Assembly (NCBI GenBank): GCA_026387175.1
Contig: JAPLME010000007.1
Location: forward strand, 128,487 to 192,486
Reading direction: 5' to 3'
Source: Candidatus Omnitrophota bacterium
GTDB lineage: Bacteria; Omnitrophota; Gorgyraeia; 2-01-FULL-45-10
DNA: 64,000 bases
Numbering within the stretch: position 1 is the first letter of the stretch; each line of letters opens with the position of its first letter. The translations under genes and the position numbers were made by a program. A model generated the notes under the pieces. That model did no database searches and was not told the DNA's origin. It saw only the letters and a program-made list of their open reading frames with translations. This document shows, piece by piece, positions 1 through 9,116 of the stretch.

Positions 1-84
1 CGTAATGAAGGTCGACCTTTGTCAGTGTGGCGCGGTGGATCTTCGACTTGCACATTAACCTAAGCATGATAAGACATCCTATAA

Positions 85-435
85 TCAGCCTGTTATCTCG
101 GTAAGGTTTTCACCGTCGAAATACAATTTCTGGGTTTTGGATAGATATCCGGCATCTACCGGTATCACGCCATATTGGGCATTATATGTCCATACTTCTC
201 TGGGCGAAGACCATTTCTTTTTGTTCTCAACAGTGGTTACCTGATCGGGTTTTCCCCATATCGATTCAACCTGATTTTTTGTCATACCGATCTTCACCGA
301 TTCTGTGCCCAGAGGTTTTTTTATAATCTCATTGGGGTTTGGGATCATCAGCGTACTGCAGCCGCATAGCAGGGGCAGCACCGATATAATCATTATGAAA
401 GACAGGCTCTTCGCCGGGTTATTAGATCTTCGCAT
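85..435 (-). CDS. Outer-membrane lipoprotein, BamE/SmpA_OmlA-like
   Basis: Signal peptide ending in lipobox LLCGC. Motif GMTKNQVESIWGKPD is typical of the BamE/SmpA_OmlA fold. Confidence 0.5.
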   Translation of the reverse strand: MRRSNNPAKSLSFIMIISVLPLLCGCSTLMIPNPNEIIKKPLGTESVKIGMTKNQVESIWGKPDQVTTVENKKKWSSPREVWTYNAQYGVIPVDAGYLSKTQKLYFDGENLTEITG

Positions 436-817
436 TCCTTGGTCCCTTCTTTATGGTGTAAATAAGATCGCACAAAAATTTAAGAAAAGTATTCTTGTTA
501 TCTTCCTCTATTTCTGTGAATTCCAGGCCGCAATCGTATGGCGCTGTATCTTCCAATGAGATCTTTCTCTTCCAGATAACTTTTGCTTTAGCGTGAACGG
601 GACTTAGCGCGTCTCGTATCACCATCTTGATCTCCAAAGTATCCGATTCCTTTATCGCGTTATTGAGCGTTTCGAACCTCAGGCCGTCAGCCGAAATATT
701 CTTGGTATTTGTATTAAGCACCTTTCCTGTCTCAGGCACTGTATATGAGATATCTATAGGCGTATCTAACCTGACATACCGCCGGCGTTCAATAAAACTA
801 TCTTTTGTTTTTCCCAT
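422..817 (-). CDS. PilZ domain protein (c-di-GMP receptor)
   Basis: RxxxR motif (ERRRYVR) followed by the N/DxSxxG motif (NISADG). About 130 aa single-domain protein. Confidence 0.7.
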   Translation of the reverse strand: MGKTKDSFIERRRYVRLDTPIDISYTVPETGKVLNTNTKNISADGLRFETLNNAIKESDTLEIKMVIRDALSPVHAKAKVIWKRKISLEDTAPYDCGLEFTEIEEDNKNTFLKFLCDLIYTIKKGPRNAKI

Positions 818-875
818 ATCCAGAATCCTCCAGGGTTAAAAATATAACATATATGAACTTCTGCCGTCAACTTAA

Positions 876-2525
876 TTATAAAATACCATTTAGCCAATTT
901 CGTATATTTTCAAGAACCTCTTTATCTATATCGTAATAATACCGATGCGCGCCGTCATTTACTTTCTGCCCGAAAAATTGCCCTAAATACGCGTAATATT
1001 TCAATGTATGCCTGCTATGGCCGGCATCCGCTATTATCTTGTCGAGCGCCGGGCCCGCGTCGGCTGAGAGCTCATCGGTATCTTTGCCCTGCAGGATCAG
1101 GACTGCTAGATCCGGGTTTCCCGTGATATCGGGCGGTTTGCCCGTAAGTTCATCCTTTATATTGCCAAGAAAACATTTTTTACCGAGTATGTATATCCAG
1201 TCGCCATTTGAACCGGCGACCTTGTTTTGCGTCTCCTGGACAGTACGAATTACCAGGTTAAGATAGTCATCTGTCCATTTTGTTTTTTGAGACATTCTTT
1301 GAAGCTCTTCTCTCTTGGAGCGCTCATCCAGGTTCGTATATATCGATGGCGCCATCATGATGAGCCCTTTGATGTTATTATCTTTTACCGCTATTTTCAG
1401 CGCATGGACAGACCCGCTGGCATGACCGATTAACATCACATCATTGGGATCGACCATATTCTGGCCTTTAAGGCACTGAAGAGCCGCCTCTATATCCTCG
1501 ATTTCATCAGAACCCGTGGACGATGAAAGCTCGCCGCCGCTGGACCCTACACCTCTTTTATCGAACCTCAGACATACAAAGCCGTTCCTTGAAAGATGAT
1601 CCGCAAGGCTCGCGAAAAGCCCCTGGTAATCCCTGTCCTGCGGTCCGGCGCTAGGAGCGAAAAGGATAACGGGGTACTTTCCTTCTTTTGACGGAAATGT
1701 CAGCGTGCCCGACAGCTCCGCGCCTTTTGATTTAAAAAAGACGTCTTTTGATATGTAGCCGTCCGGTTTTATCGTTCTGATCGCCGCTTTTATGATTTTT
1801 GGCCCGAAAGTCCTTGTTATGGTCATATTTTTTGCGGGCACTTCAATTTTCATAATGGCCCTGTCCGATTTTCCTACCCATAAAGCGCCCTGAGGGTAAT
1901 CTCTTATCTTCAATAGCAGGTTTTCGGTCTTTATCCTGCGCGAGTCTATCTTCAGGTACTCGTCATTAATGGATGTGAGGGTTATGAATCGCTTCATGGG
2001 GGGCAGGCTCCATGTATTAAAACAGGATATGGCGTTAAATCCCTGCGAGCGTCCTTTTGAAAAATTATAATTCTCTATTATGGGCAGATACGTTACGGGA
2101 GAGTCTTCTTCGAATACAAAGGTCTCTTTTCTTATCGGAATATTTTCCGCGCATGCGAACCTTGACTCATACCTGGAAACAAAGGATATCAGATTTTTAA
2201 AATTTTCAAGATATAGGGTATCCGTGACGCGGCCCGACACCCTCTCCTTGGTATAGCTTTCAAAATTGTAATTCTTATCCAGGACCATCCGCGACCTGTA
2301 TTCCGTATACACAGGTTCAAACGGCAGGCTTGTGACGGATTTGTATATTATCTTATCTTCCGTAACGAACCGCTCGACCTTTATCGTGCCGGAATCTCTC
2401 CCCGATGTTTTGATCAGATAATAGAACGTCTTATGGTTTACTTTATCCAGATAGAAAAATGAAGCAATGAATAATAGCAAGCCCAGGGACAGGAATATCA
2501 ATACCGCTATATATATTTTTTTCAT
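876..2525 (-). CDS. Membrane-anchored alpha/beta-hydrolase domain protein
   Basis: N-terminal TM helix. C-terminal alpha/beta-hydrolase region with GxSxG nucleophile elbow (GHASGS). Confidence 0.55.
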   Translation of the reverse strand: MKKIYIAVLIFLSLGLLLFIASFFYLDKVNHKTFYYLIKTSGRDSGTIKVERFVTEDKIIYKSVTSLPFEPVYTEYRSRMVLDKNYNFESYTKERVSGRVTDTLYLENFKNLISFVSRYESRFACAENIPIRKETFVFEEDSPVTYLPIIENYNFSKGRSQGFNAISCFNTWSLPPMKRFITLTSINDEYLKIDSRRIKTENLLLKIRDYPQGALWVGKSDRAIMKIEVPAKNMTITRTFGPKIIKAAIRTIKPDGYISKDVFFKSKGAELSGTLTFPSKEGKYPVILFAPSAGPQDRDYQGLFASLADHLSRNGFVCLRFDKRGVGSSGGELSSSTGSDEIEDIEAALQCLKGQNMVDPNDVMLIGHASGSVHALKIAVKDNNIKGLIMMAPSIYTNLDERSKREELQRMSQKTKWTDDYLNLVIRTVQETQNKVAGSNGDWIYILGKKCFLGNIKDELTGKPPDITGNPDLAVLILQGKDTDELSADAGPALDKIIADAGHSRHTLKYYAYLGQFFGQKVNDGAHRYYYDIDKEVLENIRNWLNGIL

Positions 2526-3142
2526 TAAAAGTTCACGGAGAGGATTTCGTAATCAAATTTCCCGGTCCACCTGCCCTTGCCTCCGGGGGAGCCAGTATTT
2601 GCTTTCAACTCCGACAATATCTCTTCAGGGCAGTTTGTGAGTATTTTTTTGAAGGGGAGGGAGCTTTCGGGCCTTATTACCGACGCTGAAGAGTCAGACA
2701 GGTGAGAGATCGGAACCGGCCCGCCTGCCGGATGGAGTATCTCCTGCAGTCGGGCAGGCGCGAAGACTCCATAGGATCCCAGCGAGGGCTCCATGGGGTG
2801 GAACGCGACTTCATACAGCGCCGCTCCGTCTTTGTCCAAAAATTTTACTTTTATCAGCATATCCGTTATATCCCTGTATCCGTCGTTCCTGATTATGCCT
2901 TCAAGGACGGCTTCTCCGCTTAAAGGGCCTGTAACGTTGAAGCTGGCACCGAGCCTGGCAATTTCGATATGCTTGGAATAAACTTTCGCGTTAATCTTCT
3001 GTAAACCCATCTTATATGTTTTCGTAAGTTCGTCGTCTTTCATCTCCAGGTATATCAGGTAGCCGGCCAGGTTCACGACAAGCACAAGGCAGATTACGAT
3101 GCTTGAGATAAGCGTCAATATCAGGCTTTTTTTCTTTATCAT
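2525..3142 (-). CDS. Hypothetical membrane-anchored protein
   Basis: N-terminal TM segment. ATG/stop overlap with the downstream gene. No recognisable motif. Confidence 0.4.
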   Translation of the reverse strand: MIKKKSLILTLISSIVICLVLVVNLAGYLIYLEMKDDELTKTYKMGLQKINAKVYSKHIEIARLGASFNVTGPLSGEAVLEGIIRNDGYRDITDMLIKVKFLDKDGAALYEVAFHPMEPSLGSYGVFAPARLQEILHPAGGPVPISHLSDSSASVIRPESSLPFKKILTNCPEEILSELKANTGSPGGKGRWTGKFDYEILSVNF

Positions 3143-3146
3143 TATT

Positions 3147-3665
3147 TTACAAGCCCTTACTGTAAAGTTCGCGGATCGAATTAAAGATATCTATATAAGC
3201 TTCGCTCTTGTAGTCCGGATATGTCCATGGCCACGCGTTAAAGCTCTTATCCTTATAGAAGAGCGTGACTTCCGCAAATATCCCCCTATTTAAATATATC
3301 CGGTGAGTGTAATCTTTGGTGGAGAAGAGCACTAGCTTGGCAAGATCCAGATAGCCGGGATCGATGTTGACGCTCCGCTTGCCGGACTTAAGGAGTTTCC
3401 TCTCCAGTATATTGGTCTTTAACTTTGCTTTATATATGTCCTTCAGGTCGAATAATTTTTGAAAGCTCAGGAATTTTCTTTTAAGGCCGCTCCCCATCTC
3501 CTTTGTATAGTAATCGGAATGTGTAAAATCCAATATGGCGCTTTCAAGATCCGTCCTGCCGAATACGCCGATCAGCATCGCCTCAGCCCTTTTAACAGCT
3601 TCGGCGTTATTTGACAACAACCCGACTATTAATTTTACTTTATGAGGATATTCCGTAGTTCCCAT
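3147..3665 (-). CDS. Conserved hypothetical protein (possibly DUF4416-like)
   Basis: 172-aa ORF in an operon-like array. Weak recollection of DUF4416-type N-terminus (KLIVGLLS). Confidence 0.35.
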   Translation of the reverse strand: MGTTEYPHKVKLIVGLLSNNAEAVKRAEAMLIGVFGRTDLESAILDFTHSDYYTKEMGSGLKRKFLSFQKLFDLKDIYKAKLKTNILERKLLKSGKRSVNIDPGYLDLAKLVLFSTKDYTHRIYLNRGIFAEVTLFYKDKSFNAWPWTYPDYKSEAYIDIFNSIRELYSKGL

Positions 3666-3677
3666 TTCGTAACAGGT

Positions 3678-4046
3678 TTATGCCGCTTTCTTTCTGGCTA
3701 TGTAACCGGCGATGATCTCCCTGGCTCGCGGCTCCAGATCTGTATCAAAAAATATTGCGACATCGTAGTGTTTGGTCGCTCCGTCAATTATCACCGGGTG
3801 TGTTCTGACCACTACGCCTTCCACCTCTACGCCCTTTGCCTCTTTGTCGTTTTTGGACGGATCGGGGATCATCAGCATAAGTTTCACGCGGGACATCAGC
3901 GGTATTTCCTTATCCACTTTGCAGTAAAGTCCCGATGAGCTTATATTGATGGTATGGGTAGAGGTGTCAAATCCGCCGACGATTATCTTAAGCAGCAGTT
4001 CCTCGTCTTTTACCCTCTGAGCTATTCTTCTCTCTTGACTTGCCAT
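3678..4046 (-). CDS. PilZ domain protein
   Basis: RxxxR (ERRIAQR) and NISSSG motifs. Start codon is immediately preceded by a copy of the repeated leader element. Confidence 0.65.
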   Translation of the reverse strand: MASQERRIAQRVKDEELLLKIIVGGFDTSTHTINISSSGLYCKVDKEIPLMSRVKLMLMIPDPSKNDKEAKGVEVEGVVVRTHPVIIDGATKHYDVAIFFDTDLEPRAREIIAGYIARKKAA

Positions 4047-4056
4047 TTGTCCGTAC

Positions 4057-4111
4057 TCCTAGTTTATTAAGCCATACTGTCTGCCAAGTGCCGATATCCC
4101 TGATATCGGCC
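4057..4111 (-). repeat. Repeated leader element, copy 1 (hairpin GCCGATATC-CCT-GATATCGGC at 4090-4110, plus SD)
   Basis: Near-identical 55-nt sequence found at 6 sites. Ends in AGGAG 9 nt before the ATG of 3678..4046. Confidence 0.85.
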
Positions 4112-4120
4112 TTATTTATT

Positions 4121-4477
4121 TTATCCGGGCGGCCATGTGAATTTTCTACCGCCCATAAGATGCAGGTGCAGGTGGAGAACCTCCTGGCCCGCGTCTTTAT
4201 TGCAGTTCAATACGATCCTGTATCCCGAATCGCGTATACCCTTTTGATCAGCCAGCGTTTTTGCGGCAAGCACCAGCTCTCCTATAAGATGGATGTTGCC
4301 TTCAGTCAGGTCGGATGTCTTTTCGATGTGATATTTCGGGATTATCAATATATGTATCGGAGCCTGAGGTTTTAGATCTTCAAAGGCCAATATTTTATTA
4401 TTTTCGAATACGATTTTGGCGGGGATCTCTTTCCTTATGATCTTGCAGAATACGCAGTCGGCTTTATACATCAACAC
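4121..4477 (-). CDS. HIT family protein (HinT-like)
   Basis: Histidine-triad motif HLHLHLMGG. Confidence 0.8.
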   Translation of the reverse strand: MLMYKADCVFCKIIRKEIPAKIVFENNKILAFEDLKPQAPIHILIIPKYHIEKTSDLTEGNIHLIGELVLAAKTLADQKGIRDSGYRIVLNCNKDAGQEVLHLHLHLMGGRKFTWPPG

Positions 4478-5547
4478 ACTTCTTCCAGTTTGTACTCCAG
4501 GCCTCCCAGACCCATCCTGCTCGCGTAGTTTAATTGCACTGACCAGTCCGTCTCCGGATAACCTGCGGCAAATACGTCTTTGCCGCTTGAAGCTTTGATC
4601 AGATCTACAGAAGCCTTATCGATGGCGACCGGATCGCGTGAGGCCAATATGCCAAGATCGTTAACTATCCGGGGATCATCCTTGGCCAGGCAATCACAGT
4701 CCTTAGTGACTTTAATGATGAAATTTATATACCCGACACTTGATTTGAATGAGTCGGTAACGCCTTTGGCATATTCTACCATCTTTTCCTGCAGGTTTTC
4801 AAGTGTTTCGCTCCACCTTATCTCTATAGCTTTTGTCTTGCAGACCACCGCGCATTCGCCGCAGCCCAGGCATGCGTCTTTCGCGATAGAGATCTTCTTA
4901 TTCTTCAGGCTTAGGGCGCCGCCCGGGCAGACCCCCACGCATTCACCGCAAGCCCCGCAATACGAAGAGTTCACCTCAGGCACCGTACCGCAATGCTGTT
5001 CGTATTTTCCCCGGCGCGAGGCGCATCCCATCCCCACATTTTTTATGGCTCCACCCATACCTGTCAGTATATGCCCTGTTATATGAGTCATGGCGAGCAG
5101 GCTGTCGCAATCCGCGAAATCGGATGCCATTTTTATCTTTGAAAAATGCTTGCCTTTTACCGGCACCTCTACGAAACTTCTGCCCCTTAGGCCGTCCGCT
5201 ATCAGGACCGGAACGCCGATGTTTTCCGGGTTGAATCCGTGCTCTGAGGCTATCTTTAGATGATCGATCGAGTTAGTGCGACTGCTGGCTTTGTATATAA
5301 CATTTGAATCGGCCAGGAAGGCGTTAGAGGTTATGCCCTTTACATGTTTTGCCGTCTCCCTGATCCATTCCCATCGGATGTGCCCGGTATTGCCCTTATC
5401 CCCGAAGTGCATCTTTATCGCTGTGAAGTCATCTTTCTTGATAAATGATAGCACCTTGCTTTTGTCGATCAGCACCCCGAGTTTCTTTGAGATGGCCTGG
5501 ACCGAATCCTGTGCGTCTACTTTTATATAATGGACTTTACTAGGCAT
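4471..5547 (-). CDS. DUF362 domain protein with 2x[4Fe-4S] ferredoxin domain
   Basis: Two CxxCxxCxxxCP clusters (CGACGECVGVCP, CLGCGECAVVCK) embedded in a DUF362-like scaffold. Confidence 0.65.
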   Translation of the reverse strand: MPSKVHYIKVDAQDSVQAISKKLGVLIDKSKVLSFIKKDDFTAIKMHFGDKGNTGHIRWEWIRETAKHVKGITSNAFLADSNVIYKASSRTNSIDHLKIASEHGFNPENIGVPVLIADGLRGRSFVEVPVKGKHFSKIKMASDFADCDSLLAMTHITGHILTGMGGAIKNVGMGCASRRGKYEQHCGTVPEVNSSYCGACGECVGVCPGGALSLKNKKISIAKDACLGCGECAVVCKTKAIEIRWSETLENLQEKMVEYAKGVTDSFKSSVGYINFIIKVTKDCDCLAKDDPRIVNDLGILASRDPVAIDKASVDLIKASSGKDVFAAGYPETDWSVQLNYASRMGLGGLEYKLEEVC

Positions 5548-6088
5548 AATTTTTATCCTTCTCGTTATATATTTTTATACTATGTTTCAGAAGAAGCGCC
5601 GCTGTGACACCGTTGCCTTTTTTCAAAGCCCCCGTAAAAGTACCATCGTAAATCATGCCGCATCCGCATGACGGGCTTTTTGATTTCAGCACAGCCCGTT
5701 TTATCCCGAACCTCTTTGCCATGAGAAGCGTTTTTCGGGCGCCTGAGGCCAGTTTCTCTGTAACGTCTTTACCGGATACGGTCCTCACCTTCGCTTTCCC
5801 GGTCAAAACCCGCTCGCCATCGCCGTCGGATATTTCGCAAGCCTCGCGCGGGATGGATGACCCGCCGAGCACCTCCGGACATACGGGTATGGCAGCGCCC
5901 TCCAGCACTAATTTCCTTATATTGCGTTTTAATTTGTTTTTGCCGTTATAAGTGCAATTTATTCCGGCGAGGCATGCGCTTACGATAAATTTACAGGAAG
6001 GCTTCTTAAGGTTATCCTTACTTCGAGGAGCAGCCATAATAGCCGATCTTGTGGCCGAGATCCCAGTATTCGCCCTGATTAAATACAA
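5540..6088 (-). CDS. DUF523 family protein (TudS-like, putative Fe-S thionucleobase desulfidase)
   Basis: Conserved ACLAG-NCTYNG ... SPSCG ... IYDG pattern. True start is likely the internal Met near 6040, because 6041-6088 overlaps the flavin-reductase gene. Confidence 0.55.
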   Translation of the reverse strand: MYLIRANTGISATRSAIMAAPRSKDNLKKPSCKFIVSACLAGINCTYNGKNKLKRNIRKLVLEGAAIPVCPEVLGGSSIPREACEISDGDGERVLTGKAKVRTVSGKDVTEKLASGARKTLLMAKRFGIKRAVLKSKSPSCGCGMIYDGTFTGALKKGNGVTAALLLKHSIKIYNEKDKNYA

Positions 6089-6578
6089 ATGGCTTTGCTT
6101 TGTTATAGTCTATCTTCCCGTCAGCGCGTAAGATCGCTTCATCTTTGTGCACGGCCACCACCTCTCCTATGAACATATCGTGAGAGCCCAGTTTGAGCAC
6201 ATCCTTAAGCTTGCATTCGATGTTAACGGGGCATTCCTTTATCATCGGACTGGATATCTTCGAAGATTTTACCGGGGTGAAGCAGCAGCGTTTGAATTTA
6301 TCGGTATCTTTTCCTGAGACGAGACCGCAGAGGTCGGCTTCTTTTAAAATGTCCTTTGACGGTATATTGACCACAAATTCACGTTCGGCGGTTATTAATT
6401 TATGGGAATGCCGGGAAGGCCTTATCGAAACCGATATCTGGGGAGGATTGGATGCCACAATGCCGCACCATGCTATGGTTATAACATTCGCCCTGCCCGC
6501 TTTCCTGTCAAGCACGCTTACAAGAACTACGGGAACCGGATATAATGCCTCACCAGGCGGGGCTTCCAGTTTGCGCAT
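6018..6578 (-). CDS. Flavin reductase-like FMN-binding domain protein
   Basis: Flavin_Reduct-like core (VITIAWCGIVASNPPQISVSIRP). Track ORF extends to 6671, but the upstream 31 codons overlap 6586..6888; start moved to the internal Met. Confidence 0.55.
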   Translation of the reverse strand: MRKLEAPPGEALYPVPVVLVSVLDRKAGRANVITIAWCGIVASNPPQISVSIRPSRHSHKLITAEREFVVNIPSKDILKEADLCGLVSGKDTDKFKRCCFTPVKSSKISSPMIKECPVNIECKLKDVLKLGSHDMFIGEVVAVHKDEAILRADGKIDYNKAKPFVFNQGEYWDLGHKIGYYGCSSK

Positions 6579-6585
6579 TTTACTG

Positions 6586-6888
6586 TCAGGTTTTCTGCGG
6601 CGCTTCTTCCGTCTTTGCGGGTTTTTTATTCGTGGTGCCCCAGCATCTCTTAGTGCAATAGTACTTGCCATTGCGGTAATACCAGCGTTTATTCTTTATG
6701 GACTTTTTGCAGCCCGCGCAATTAGCCGGTTTCTCCTTCACTACAGGAGCCGCTTCCTTCTTCTCTTCTTTCGCCTCAGCAGGTGCGGCTGCTGCCGGTG
6801 AAGCTTGTGCGGGCGCCGCCTGCGGTGTCACTGGCGCTTCCGGCGCTTTCGCTTCCTTCGTTAGCTCTTCTTTTTTTTCGTCTGCCAT
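6586..6888 (-). CDS. Small Ala/Pro/Lys-rich protein with C-terminal 4-Cys zinc-ribbon-like motif
   Basis: CAGC-x16-CTKRC. N-terminal low-complexity AP/KE-rich linker. Confidence 0.45.
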   Translation of the reverse strand: MADEKKEELTKEAKAPEAPVTPQAAPAQASPAAAAPAEAKEEKKEAAPVVKEKPANCAGCKKSIKNKRWYYRNGKYYCTKRCWGTTNKKPAKTEEAPQKT

Positions 6889-6911
6889 ACACCACCGTTA
6901 ATTGTTATCTG

Positions 6912-7265
6912 TTATGCCCTGTCAAGTATCTTCAACCACTGCAAATAAGTATATTCTAAAAGCCTTCCCCTGTCTGAATTATCGATCTTTGTGAACTTCA
7001 AACCCGTCTCATATGGGCCGGAGCTACCTGAGCCTTCCTGCTGCCACGCCACCTGGCATGCGGCAAATATCGGCACATTATCACCCGGCACGTCCACTGA
7101 GAGGTTTATTTCGGCGCCCTGTCCAAATCTCTTGTCGGTCAATACGAGAGCGCCTTCACTTGATATATTCTTAACTTTATACGATCTCTTGCATTTTTCG
7201 CTTACGATCTCGCATAACGCGTTTAACGCGGTATCGAACCTTAAGAATCTTCTTCTCTCGTTCAC
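6912..7265 (-). CDS. PilZ domain protein
   Basis: ERRRFLR (RxxxR) and NISSEG motifs. Confidence 0.65.
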   Translation of the reverse strand: MNERRRFLRFDTALNALCEIVSEKCKRSYKVKNISSEGALVLTDKRFGQGAEINLSVDVPGDNVPIFAACQVAWQQEGSGSSGPYETGLKFTKIDNSDRGRLLEYTYLQWLKILDRA

Positions 7266-7289
7266 GATGTCCTTTTTAGAATATTGGCA

Positions 7290-7336
7290 TAAAAAATAAG
7301 GGGATAAAAATTTATTATTTCTATCCCCTTATTTTT
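7290..7336 (-). terminator. Rho-independent (bidirectional) terminator
   Basis: A-tract, then AAGGGGATA, a 15-nt loop, TATCCCCTT, then a T6 tract. Lies 3' of 7356..7688. Confidence 0.6.
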
Positions 7337-7355
7337 TGGAAAACATCACAATGAA

Positions 7356-7688
7356 CTATTTTCCCTTAAATACAAATTCTGGCTCGAGAACCGGGGTATA
7401 GCCTTCCGGTATCGGGAATGGGAACGTCGCGGTCTCATATACTCCTGCGCCCGTTCTGACTATCGTCATTCCAACACCTTTCGCTAATCCGACCGTGAGG
7501 CCAGAGAGAGGATTGTCCTCTACGCTTGTATCATAGATATTCTTCGGAAGCTCGACCCAGCCGGTAACGATGTTGGCTAAGCCTCTATACAGCTTCTTAC
7601 CCATATCCTGAGCGTAACTAGCTGTCGCTATATTGAGTAACATTAATATAGCCACGCAAATTATAATTCCTTTTATCATGTTCTTCAT
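7356..7688 (-). CDS. Small secreted protein (signal peptide)
   Basis: N-terminal signal peptide. Own strong promoter and terminator. Short GWVELPKNIY motif. Confidence 0.5.
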   Translation of the reverse strand: MKNMIKGIIICVAILMLLNIATASYAQDMGKKLYRGLANIVTGWVELPKNIYDTSVEDNPLSGLTVGLAKGVGMTIVRTGAGVYETATFPFPIPEGYTPVLEPEFVFKGK

Positions 7689-7725
7689 TTTGATTTGTCA
7701 CCCCCCCTCATCTTGATTTGCCTAA

Positions 7726-7754
7726 AGTATAACACAAGATAAAAAAATTGTCAA
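7726..7754 (-). promoter_or_regulatory. Sigma70-like promoter (TTGACA-N17-TGtTATACT) for 7356..7688
   Basis: Perfect -35, 17-nt spacer, extended -10. GAGGGGGGG SD downstream. Confidence 0.5.
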
Positions 7755-7774
7755 GTTTATCGCAATATAAAAAA

Positions 7775-8146
7775 TCACTTCTGCCTTCGTACCTTCAATA
7801 TCTCATCAATGATATCGGATATCTTATCCCTATCCTCGGGCCTTATATCTATAAATTCAATGCCGGTGTCGTAATAGTAAGATCCCTTCTGCTTGGGATC
7901 GGTTTTCTTCACGACCCATACTAATGTGCCGCCGCACTTTATCTGGGGGCCTTTTTCGTCTATGAAGAGCTCTACGTCTACACCTTGAAAAAGACCGAGA
8001 TCCTCTTTCAGTAAAACGCATATGCCGCCCGCGCCGATGTTCTCCGTATGGGTCGATATGGTTTTAGCCGTCAGCCTCTTCTTTATGGATATGAGGCATT
8101 TATAGTTTGCCCTGGGAAACCTGCGCCTGTTGATACCATTCCACAT
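7775..8146 (-). CDS. PilZ domain protein
   Basis: NRRRFPR (RxxxR) and NIGAGG motifs. Confidence 0.65.
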   Translation of the reverse strand: MWNGINRRRFPRANYKCLISIKKRLTAKTISTHTENIGAGGICVLLKEDLGLFQGVDVELFIDEKGPQIKCGGTLVWVVKKTDPKQKGSYYYDTGIEFIDIRPEDRDKISDIIDEILKVRRQK

Positions 8147-8200
8147 AAATTAACTATGCCTCCATGATAAGCGTATCAAATTTATGCATTGCCGCGTGTT

Positions 8201-8229
8201 ATTATACATAACCGTAAATCAAAAAGCAA
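8201..8229 (-). promoter_or_regulatory. Sigma70-like promoter (TTGCTT-N17-TATAAT) for PilZ gene 7775..8146
   Basis: Perfect -10 hexamer, 17-nt spacer. Divergent from the exeA promoter. Confidence 0.4.
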
Positions 8230-8254
8230 GCACTTCTTGGCTAAAAATTTTATA

Positions 8255-8284
8255 TTTACAATATTAATGACGAGGGTGTATAAT
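8255..8284 (+). promoter_or_regulatory. Sigma70-like promoter (TTTACA-N18-TATAAT) for exeA-like gene
   Basis: Perfect -10 about 17 nt upstream of ATG 8301. No obvious SD, so possibly a short-leader transcript. Confidence 0.4.
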
Positions 8285-8300
8285 CTACCACAAGACATAT

Positions 8301-9116
8301 ATGTATAGAGAATTTTTCGGCTTAAAAGAGAAGCCCTTCAATATAACAAGCGACCCCAATTTCTTGTTCTTGAGCCGTGTCCATAAGGAAGCCCTATCCC
8401 ACCTGCTATATGGCATAAACGAACGGAAAGGTTTTCTCGAAATAACCGGCGAGGTCGGCGCCGGCAAGACTACCCTGTGCAGGGCGCTGCTTAACAGGCT
8501 TGATAAAAGGACTAAGAGCGCATTTATATTCAACTCCACGCTTCCGGAACTGCAGCTTCTGCAGGCTATACTTGAGGATTACGGTATAATAGTCACCAGC
8601 CGCAATAAGGTGTCGTTATTGAAACAGCTGAACAATTTCCTTATAGAGGAGCTCACGCGCGGAAACAATGTCGTGCTCATTATCGATGAGGCCCAGAACC
8701 TGAAGCCTTCGATACTCGAAGAGATAAGGATGCTTTCGAATCTTGAGACTGACAAGGATAAGCTTTTTCAAATCGTGCTGGTCGGACAGCCGGAGCTGAA
8801 AAACAAACTGGCTTCGCCCGGACTAAGGCAGCTCAGGCAGCGTATATCCGTACGTTTTCATATAACACCTCTTGATAAGGACGAGGTGGCGGATTACATA
8901 AGCCACAGGCTCGGCGTGGCCGGGTCGGCGGGCCAGATAACATTTGAGCCCGGAGCGATCGAGAAGATACATGATTTTTCAGGAGGCATACCTCGTCTTA
9001 TCAATATGGTCTGTGATAAATCCATGCTGACGGCGTATACGATGGAGACGATGAAAATAACCATGCCGATCGTGGAGCGCAGCATTCAAGAGATGGAAGG
9101 GTGTTTACCGAGATGA
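8301..9116 (+). CDS. ExeA/GspA-like AAA ATPase (secretin assembly)
   Basis: Walker A GEVGAGKTT, Walker B VLIIDEAQ. Characteristic ExeA N-terminal region (FGLKEKPF). Confidence 0.75.
   Translation: MYREFFGLKEKPFNITSDPNFLFLSRVHKEALSHLLYGINERKGFLEITGEVGAGKTTLCRALLNRLDKRTKSAFIFNSTLPELQLLQAILEDYGIIVTSRNKVSLLKQLNNFLIEELTRGNNVVLIIDEAQNLKPSILEEIRMLSNLETDKDKLFQIVLVGQPELKNKLASPGLRQLRQRISVRFHITPLDKDEVADYISHRLGVAGSAGQITFEPGAIEKIHDFSGGIPRLINMVCDKSMLTAYTMETMKITMPIVERSIQEMEGCLPR

Noticed and set aside
4090-4124. Hairpin of the repeated element read as a Rho-independent terminator for the upstream minus-strand gene
   Set aside because: In the sense orientation of all neighbouring genes the hairpin is followed by ACTTAGC, not a U-tract. 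Only the antisense (+) strand has a T-run. So it is not a conventional terminator of the coding transcripts.
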